Of a stretch of DNA of 64,000 nucleotides, positions 61,560-64,000 are shown piece by piece. Source of the stretch: the human T2T-CHM13v2.0 reference genome, Homo sapiens; assembly GCF_009914755.1 (NCBI RefSeq), contig NC_060945.1; one strand, 5' to 3'. The notes below the pieces were generated by a model that saw only the letters and a list, made by a program, of their open reading frames with translations, made no database searches and was not told the origin of the DNA. Made by a program: the position numbers and the translations under genes. Position 1 is the first letter of the stretch. Every line of letters begins with the position of its first letter.

Positions 61560-63200
61560 GAAATCTTAAAAACAGTATGCTAAATAGGTCCTATGTTAAA
61601 GAGGAAATTTCATGTGAACACTACATATCACCACCTATGAGGTACGGCAACTTAATAATTCAAGGAACAGTTATGGTTTTATTGGAAAATGATAGAAATT
61701 AAAAATTAATGAACTAAGCATTCAACTCAAGAAGTCTGAAGTTCTTAGGCAAGGTAGTATGAGGAAAAAAGAAAATAATAAATAAAAAAGGAAGTCTACA
61801 GCAGTCAGCCACTAAAGCAATCCTAAAGAAAATAGAAGAAAAGAATGAAGATAATTGGAAAAAAGTTAAAAAAAAAATAGAAACACCTCAAAAGTTAGCA
61901 GATTTATAAATAAAATCGAGAGCCAATTCTTTGCAAACAACTCTAAAATACATGAATGTCTAACAAGTATGATACATATATATGTCGCATTAAGAGTGAT
62001 AAAGGCACCATCCTTTCTGGCAATATGGAGGACTGTGGTGTAGTTCCACTATATGCTATACAAAAATAAAAAAGAAAGAAAGAGAAATACTGGATAAAAG
62101 AGAACAAAAAATTGTTTCTTTTTCATTTTAAATACATAGCAGACTCAAAATAAGGAGAAATCACCAGATGGCAGAAATGAAGAGGGAATTCAACGCTGAT
62201 CCTGCAATAGCCAATGAGAGCATTGGACACAGGTCCCAGTTTGGAACTGAAGCGCAGGGACTAAACCTGAGCTGGAACAAGACGTGCAGCCAGTGACAGT
62301 GCAGGGCAGGGAACTGGAATTGAGATTCCTATGCAGCGTTGGAACCCTCAAGAGCCACTCTGCCAGGGAAAACGGGATGAGAAGTTCTCTGTCCACTGTC
62401 CCTGAGGAGCAGCGAGGAAGTGGCATTGAGCCAGTGCTGTCTGGTCCTCAGAGAAGTCAAAACTCATGCCTGTGTATCATATGGTTGTGGGATCCAAATG
62501 TGCAACATGTACATGACACAGAAACATAGAATAAACATAGTGAAATCCAGGAGGAGATTTTAAGTTTAATTAACATTAAATAAAATTTAAAAATCCAATC
62601 CTAGAGAAGCGTTAACCACATTTCAAGTGCTCAGAAGCCACATGTGGCCGGTGTGTCACATGTTGGACAGTACAGGTGCAGAATGTCATGAAAGCAGAAA
62701 TTTCCAAGGTCTTCATCGATGCCATAAAACAGGGGGATGAATAAAAGATTTAAATATTGAAACAAAAGAAATAAAAGTATAGTTGTTTCCATGTAACAGC
62801 TACCCAAAGAATCCAAGTCAATCCACTTAATAAGTATAAGAAATGAATGGCAGAGTTCAGTGTGGGAGGATGATACAAATAGATATACAAAGATAAAGAT
62901 ATATATTTAAGGAATTACTACTTGCAGAAGGTGACTAAATGAAGCAGCCACACATAACAGCAACCTCACATGTAAAGTACATAAAGAATAACCTGTGACT
63001 GTCTTACAAGAGAGAGAAAGGGAAAAACTTGCTAAACCATAGTATATGGTGTCAATGCCCAGAAATGATAACTGTTTAATTTTTTACAGGTTCTGACTTA
63101 ATTAAAGATATTTTTAGTATCGAAGATCTCATACTTTAAAAAAAAAAGAAGAACCTGAATGACAATATGCCAGGCATGTGAAGGAAACCACAGGCTCTCT
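61560..63200 (+). mobile_element. Mosaic of old L1M fragments with a MER3/MER33-like piece (~62560-62690)
   Basis: taatgaactaagcattcaactcaagaag (L1 ORF2-like); ccacatttcaagtgctcagaagccacatgtggc (MER3/33-like). Confidence 0.5.
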
Positions 63201-63289
63201 TGAGAGACACAAAAGAAGTTCTCAAGAATTGGTGAGAAATTTACTCCTCCTTGGGAAGACTTCAGAACCACAGTGATAAGAAGAGATAT

Positions 63290-63618
<329 letters not shown>

Positions 63619-64000
63619 CTAGTGTGTAGTCGGTGCTTTCCATGAATCAGCTTATTTAATTCCCATTCCTCTGTGAAGGTCCAGTAATAGCCCCCAATCC
63701 ACAGATGCAAACACCAAGGCCTGAGATGAGATGGCTAAGCAATGAGAGAACTGCATAGTGAGAGGCAGGGCCGGGTGTGAACCAAAGCTGCAAGGCACAT
63801 CATCAGAGAAAGCGCAGGCTATTCACCGAGTGGTGTTGGGATAACGACCACTCATGCAGGGAAGGCACAGTTAATCCTCTACCTCACTTCACAGACAAGA
63901 TGCTATCTGCACTAAAGATTCATAGATTTTCACAGATGATGAGTGTTGATACAGTCCCGAGCATGCAGTATTTCAGCCCCGCTTGACGGCATCGGAACGG

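Overview
Human genomic DNA; species is inferred from an AluYb8-diagnostic insertion at 49.5 kb. Roughly half is interspersed repeat: about 18 Alu copies or fragments, L1, L2/MIR, MaLR and ERV1 LTRs, and hAT/Tigger MER elements. I recognise no protein-coding gene, RNA gene or CRISPR array, and I cannot name the locus. The ORF track consists of repeat-derived or chance ORFs. A small CpG-island-like element at ~25.35-25.72 kb carries CTCF and CRE-like motifs. A few well-formed splice-site pairs suggest a possible spliced minus-strand transcript from it (low confidence). The most unusual signal is a cluster of five locally templated duplications or insertions between 8 and 32.5 kb, including a 217-bp inverted copy pasted into an Alu and two direct-inverted-direct junctions. 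There is also a nested double retro-insertion at 49.2-49.57 kb: an apparent polyadenylated orphan retrocopy with a 17-bp TSD, re-hit by a 5'-truncated AluYb8. These are genome-dynamics observations; I found no evidence for a new gene system. Repeat subfamily names are from recall of consensus sequences, and old-repeat boundaries are approximate.
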